Below are positions 60,019 to 64,000 of a stretch of DNA of 64,000 bases, piece by piece. Both the position numbers and the translations under genes were made by a program. The DNA is taken from IMG/VR virus record IMGVR_UViG_3300033121_001357, positions 30,494 through 94,493 of that record; one strand, 5' to 3'. This stretch comes from a virus. Taxonomy: Duplodnaviria; Caudoviricetes. Positions within the stretch are counted from its first letter, which is position 1. Each line of letters opens with the position of its first letter. The notes beneath the pieces are model-generated. The model was not told the DNA's origin. It searched no databases and was given only the letters and a program-made list of their open reading frames with translations.

Positions 60019-60047
60019 AAGAGAGGAGCCTTAGGGCTCCTCTCTTC
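60019..60047 (+). terminator. Stem-loop after the large ORF (terminator-like)
   Basis: AAGAGAGGAGCC-TTAG-GGCTCCTCTCTT; weak U tract. Confidence 0.5.
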
Positions 60048-60125
60048 CCCTTCAAATAAAAATCCACCCCGGCTGAGAACGGGGATTTATAAGCCAGAGT
60101 ATTTTTGGCTTTGAGGAAAGTTTAA

Positions 60126-60446
60126 ATGCAGTACATCGTTCCCGGTCGCAAGTCCTCCCGCAACATCCACGAGCAGCGTGAGTACCGGCGTCAGATCGCG
60201 AATGAGAACAAGGTCAAGCGTGGTCAGCGTACCAATGCGGACCAGCTCGATCGGCTCAACCTCGTCGGGGGCTATGCGGTCTCCGAGAGTGTCCGCCTCC
60301 TGGTCCTCGATGGCGACATCGAAGATGCCAAGAGGTTCCTGGAGCTCGTGACCAAGCAGGCCATGGAGCTCAGCCCCAATAAGGGCAAGCGTCTCCGTCA
60401 GGTGATCGCTCAGGTCAGGGCGAAGTACGAGATCCTGGCTGCTTGA
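60126..60446 (+). CDS. Hypothetical basic protein
   Basis: GAGG RBS; GC3 bias. Confidence 0.65.
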   Translation: MQYIVPGRKSSRNIHEQREYRRQIANENKVKRGQRTNADQLDRLNLVGGYAVSESVRLLVLDGDIEDAKRFLELVTKQAMELSPNKGKRLRQVIAQVRAKYEILAA

Positions 60447-60449
60447 GCC

Positions 60450-61212
60450 GCCGTTTCAGACGGCTCTCCTGGTACATCTTCAACGGTGTGGTTTGGATCC
60501 TCTACATACTTAGTTGTGTAGAGAGATTGGTTCTGGGCCAAGGACAGGGGAGAAAGAAAAAGAAACTACCCCTGACCAAGACCCGACGGTTTGTCTTAAT
60601 CCGGAAAAAGGCAAAGGGTTCGAGGAAGCTAGTGCAACCTCGACGTCGAGAAAAGAGATAGTCTCCGAGGGACCTGGGTGATACTAGGTCAAAGGGTATA
60701 CGGCTTTCTTGGATAAATTTCTAGGAAAGCTGGAGGGTTGGAACCAATTTGGTTCGTGTAGGAGACACAATTTAAGCTAGAACGTGAGATAGCAGGCGTT
60801 CAGCTTCGCCTTGCGTGCGGGCTGCGAGCACGAGAGTCTGGTCTCTAATTGACAAAAACCCAAATAGTCTAGTGAGGCGTTAGCCTATGGCACGAGCACC
60901 GCCCCAGCTAATTGGCTAATTAAAGTCAGCCCAAGCTGACTTTTTCTCGGATTTATATAGATTTGCTCGAGATGTGCGATTCCCCGCGATAGAGGGACTA
61001 AGCTAAGACGTGTCTTGACGATTAAGCTAATCCGTGGAGGTCGGCATGCCACCGGGCTGATAAAGCGCCAGATGGAATCCTGGGCTATGTAGAAATAGCA
61101 GTTGGAAAGTCCTGGGATCACCCTATCTGGCGCGGTAGAAATCCAAGTCTCTTGGAAAAGAATTAGATTTTGCTCTAGAGGCAAGCAGTGGTTCGACCCT
61201 ACTTCGACCTCG
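60450..61212 (+). ncRNA. Candidate large structured non-coding RNA region
   Basis: No credible ORF; dense nested hairpins; ends in an acceptor/T-arm-like domain. Confidence 0.5.
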
Positions 61213-61319
61213 AAGTCCTTGCTACGGGACTATAAAACGTAGTCTTAAAATTTATTGATTATTTGTTTATGTCCTGTCGAGGAACCCTGAGACGTTAACC
61301 ATGGGTTCAGTTTATCCAT

Positions 61320-61407
61320 GGGGATGTGGCGAAATAGGCAAACGCGGTGGTCTCAAACACCACTTGGTCTTAACTGGCCCCTGAGAGTTCGAGTCTCTCC
61401 ATCCCTA
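61320..61407 (+). tRNA. trnL: tRNA-Leu(CAA)
   Basis: Acceptor GGGGATG/CATCCCT, anticodon arm GTGGT-CTCAAAC-ACCAC, long variable arm, T arm GAGAG-TTCGAGT-CTCTC; CCA not encoded. Confidence 0.92.
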
Positions 61408-61544
61408 CTTGGGTCTTTTCTTGCATAGACATGAAAGAATGCAAGTGGTGGAGGTGCCGAGAGGTGCCCTAAATTTCTCCAAATAAGAGGCAGGTGTTCC
61501 TCACTTAAAGTAGCCTGCGCCTACTGGAGAGAAGCGCAGTTTAT

Positions 61545-61630
61545 GCCTTAGCTGACAGTGGCTATGTCAACAGCCTAAGGTGGCTGTGTCTTGACGAAGA
61601 TGTGAATGGTTCGAATCCATTCCTAAGGCA
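61545..61630 (+). tRNA. Non-canonical tRNA-like gene (8-nt anticodon loop)
   Basis: GCCTTAG/CTAAGGC, D stem GACA/TGTC, ACAGC-CTAAGGTG-GCTGT, variable arm, GAATGG-TTCGAAT-CCATTC. Confidence 0.7.
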
Positions 61631-61645
61631 CACCTGGAGAAATAA

Positions 61646-61897
61646 ATGTTCAACTTTGACAAGTTCAATCCATCTCTTTTCCCAAAAGAGAACCGCGCAG
61701 CTCTGCGTCTTGCCAGCTACAAGTTCGGCAAGAACCTTCCTGAGACCTCGGCAGAATGGTTTCTCTTCTATGAAGCAAATGGCCCGATGATCAATTTCAT
61801 TGCGGTAAGCGATAAACTGCACAAAGGGTTTTTGCGCCTGAGGACCCACAGTCGGGTGAAAAAGCTAGTCCCGACAAATTGCTCTTTGAAATACTGA
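61646..61897 (+). CDS. Hypothetical protein
   Basis: GGAG RBS. Confidence 0.5.
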   Translation: MFNFDKFNPSLFPKENRAALRLASYKFGKNLPETSAEWFLFYEANGPMINFIAVSDKLHKGFLRLRTHSRVKKLVPTNCSLKY

Positions 61898-61979
61898 ATG
61901 AATCCTCTGCTATCGCAGAGGTGGCTGCTGGAATAGACAGCACATCTATAAAGACAAAGTAAAACAAAGGAGAAGGAAG

Positions 61980-62405
61980 ATGAATCTCAATGGGAAGATC
62001 CTTGCGGCTCTTGCCGCTCTGGTCACTGAGGGCAAGTCTGAGGAACTGGCGCTCGAGAACGATGACGATGCGGCCCGGACCAACGGCAATAGCAATAGCA
62101 ACATGGTGGCCGTGGCCCGTCGGCGAGCGGCGCAGCTCCGTCGCGATGAGGGCCTCGAAGCCCTCACCATGGTGGTGGCCGATCTGGATGACTTCAAGGC
62201 TCAGCGTCGTGCAGAGCTGAAGCGTACCATCAGGTCCTATCAGGAGAGCATCGAGCACTGCAAGACGGCGCTGGATCAGCTCGCTGCGGCAGAGGCCGCG
62301 CTAGAGCAGCGGAACAATCCGTTCCCCCTGCTCCAGCTGCATGCGGGCTGGTTCAGCATTCCTGGCCTGACTCGCGAGGAGATCCAGGCCCTCTGCAAGC
62401 TCTAA
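61980..62405 (+). CDS. Coiled-coil hypothetical protein
   Basis: AAGGAG RBS; GC3 bias. Confidence 0.65.
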   Translation: MNLNGKILAALAALVTEGKSEELALENDDDAARTNGNSNSNMVAVARRRAAQLRRDEGLEALTMVVADLDDFKAQRRAELKRTIRSYQESIEHCKTALDQLAAAEAALEQRNNPFPLLQLHAGWFSIPGLTREEIQALCKL

Positions 62406-62763
62406 AAGCTTGCATCTCTGAGAGACTGCCATGTAGCTAATTTAATTTGGCTTCTTTAGCAAATAATAATTGGCTAAGGTAGGAAAAGTGTCCTGACTGA
62501 CCAATGGGTCGGCAGTCTCTTTGTCTTGACTAGGGCTCCGTAATGTCAAGACGTTAAGCAAATGGGCGTAATCGCCTTACACTAAGGACAGCAATGGCTG
62601 TTTTGTGTACGACTGGGGCATTATTTTAATAATGCTTATGATGCCGCCATGAAACAAATTTAATCTGTTTCATGGCATGCTCCATGAAACCAGGGGGTTC
62701 GTGGCTGAATAGCGGCTGCACCCATGGAGCGGGTAACGCTAACACTGGAAGTAGGAGAGAGAT

Positions 62764-63210
62764 ATGAAAAGAACTCTTTGGGCGTCATATGGATATACTT
62801 GTCAGATTGTAGAGAAGTATCTACAGGGTTTGACTCCCACTGATAGGAATGGAAACCAGATTCCCTACCCTCAAAAAGAGGATGGGTTTTGGTTTTCATG
62901 CGCTCCTGAGTGTCTTGGTGGCTCTCCGAGATCCAGAAATGCTGTGAACGATTCTCCCGACCCACATTCCTCTCTTGAGGCTTGGGTAGAAGTTAAGCGA
63001 ATCTTCGAGGAGGCTAAAGTCCTCCACGGGTTTGCGAGCTTTACGCGACTTTGGGGACAACCCCACTCCCCTGGCCAAACCGACAAGCTCTTTGAGCTTG
63101 CGGGACTGGCTGAAAAGTGGGCCAGCGAACACACCGTTCCCCCTCCGCTGTTCTACTATGATGCCATGAGGTATCTTCAGGAGAACGGCTGGATTATCTA
63201 TGGGATCTAA
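62764..63210 (+). CDS. Hypothetical protein
   Basis: AGGAG RBS. Confidence 0.55.
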   Translation: MKRTLWASYGYTCQIVEKYLQGLTPTDRNGNQIPYPQKEDGFWFSCAPECLGGSPRSRNAVNDSPDPHSSLEAWVEVKRIFEEAKVLHGFASFTRLWGQPHSPGQTDKLFELAGLAEKWASEHTVPPPLFYYDAMRYLQENGWIIYGI

Positions 63211-63372
63211 TCCGTACCTCGTGCAGACCTACGTGGAGAAGCACTAGAGCTAAAAGCTTTAAGGTAAGGTGGCTCTTCTCTAATGAGAATCCGGGTAGTC
63301 TAGGTTTTATACCGGCGGACTATCACAGCAAAAGCTGACCTCCTGCGGATACGGTACTCAATCTTGGGAGTA

Positions 63373-63705
63373 ATGATGAAGATCTACGTTGACGACATTC
63401 GAAACGCTCCTGACGAGTCCTGGACTGTAATCCGGGATCCACTCATGGCAATCTGGGTGATCCAGAGCTACGGTGAGGAGATTGAGCATCTCTCCCTAGA
63501 TCATGACCTTGCATTCAAGGACGTGTTCGGCACAGAAATCGATGGCCTAGATATTGTTAAGGCTATGCAGAAACTTGCCGCCGAAAGAAGTTTCTACAAC
63601 ATGGGTCTCCCTCGAAAGGTTACTGTTCATTCGCAAAACCCCGTTGGGGCAAAAGCTATGAACGATCGCCTCGACATCCTTCGTCGAGAAGGATACATCG
63701 AATGA
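63373..63705 (+). CDS. Cyclic-phosphate processing receiver-domain protein
   Basis: KIYVDDIR..LSLDHDL..DGLD..VHSQNPVGA..M. Confidence 0.75.
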   Translation: MMKIYVDDIRNAPDESWTVIRDPLMAIWVIQSYGEEIEHLSLDHDLAFKDVFGTEIDGLDIVKAMQKLAAERSFYNMGLPRKVTVHSQNPVGAKAMNDRLDILRREGYIE

Positions 63706-63846
63706 CCTTTCGAGTTGCTTGTGGGGTGGGCTTCTTTCTGGAAAAGGGAGCCGAAAAGCTTCGGAAGCTAGCTCATCATATGGACTATGGTGCAGCTCTG
63801 CTCGTCGGAGTGGCATTCTACTACGAGTTCATTCGACGAGCATAAT

Positions 63847-63880
63847 GTCCGGGTGGTGGAATGGCAGACACCGGGGACTT
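63847..63880 (+). tRNA. trnL: 5' exon of tRNA-Leu(UAA)
   Basis: GTCCGGG-TG-GTGGAATGGCAGACAC-C-GGGGA-CTT, interrupted in the anticodon loop. Confidence 0.8.
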
Positions 63881-64000
63881 AAGTAAATTTGAGCACCTGA
63901 AGTGAAAGCTTCAGTGTGAATGGAGTCAAATTCGGCGAACGGCCTGCGAAAGTGACCCAACGCCGAGCTAAGTCTTGCGCTTGTTCTTTCCACGATATGT
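63881..64000 (+). mobile_element. Group I intron in tRNA-Leu(UAA) (5' part; continues beyond the window)
   Basis: ..TTTGAGC-[P2 hairpin CTGAAG..CTTCAG]-TGTGAATGGAGTCAAATTCGGCGAA..AACGCCGAGCTAAG parallels the P and Q elements of the trnL(UAA) intron. Confidence 0.8.

Noticed and set aside
56721-60020. 1099-aa minus-strand ORF, and similar antisense or alternative-frame ORFs in 32-60 kb
   Set aside because: Same codon-bias artefact.
60443-60661. 72-aa ORF, and 60885..61184 on the minus strand
   Set aside because: No RBS, atypical codons, overlaps the strongly paired non-coding region.
60450-61212. RNase P RNA or canonical tmRNA
   Set aside because: No GAGGAAAGTCC P4 signature, no GGGG..GA 5' end, tag ORF or CCA end.

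Overview
A 64-kb segment of a large myovirus-type (probably jumbo) bacteriophage with two divergent halves. From 1 to 31.5 kb, all on the minus strand and of moderate GC, is the virion morphogenesis block: three tail-tube paralogues, tail sheath, neck proteins, major capsid, head decoration, prohead protease/scaffold, a portal-MuF fusion, large terminase, HNH, a nonsense-interrupted GIY-YIG endonuclease and a 1279-aa multi-nuclease polyvalent protein. From 31.9 to 64 kb, all on the plus strand and in part very GC-rich, is an early/accessory block. Its main features are: (i) a run of membrane-protein genes ending in a membrane-anchored LigD-like 3'-phosphoesterase plus ATP-dependent DNA ligase; (ii) a recurring intergenic RNA cassette (long irregular hairpin, H-type pseudoknot with A-rich loop, hairpin, RBS), with about 12 pseudoknots showing compensatory changes; (iii) RNA-repair and counter-defence genes (kinase, Rnl1-type RNA ligase, cyclic-phosphate receiver domain, macro domain, frameshifted SLOG); (iv) an RNA cluster with tRNA-Leu(CAA), a non-canonical tRNA-like gene, a large structured non-coding region and a tRNA-Leu(UAA) split by a group I intron that runs off the window. 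All calls come from reading motifs by eye; no database searches or folding programs were run.
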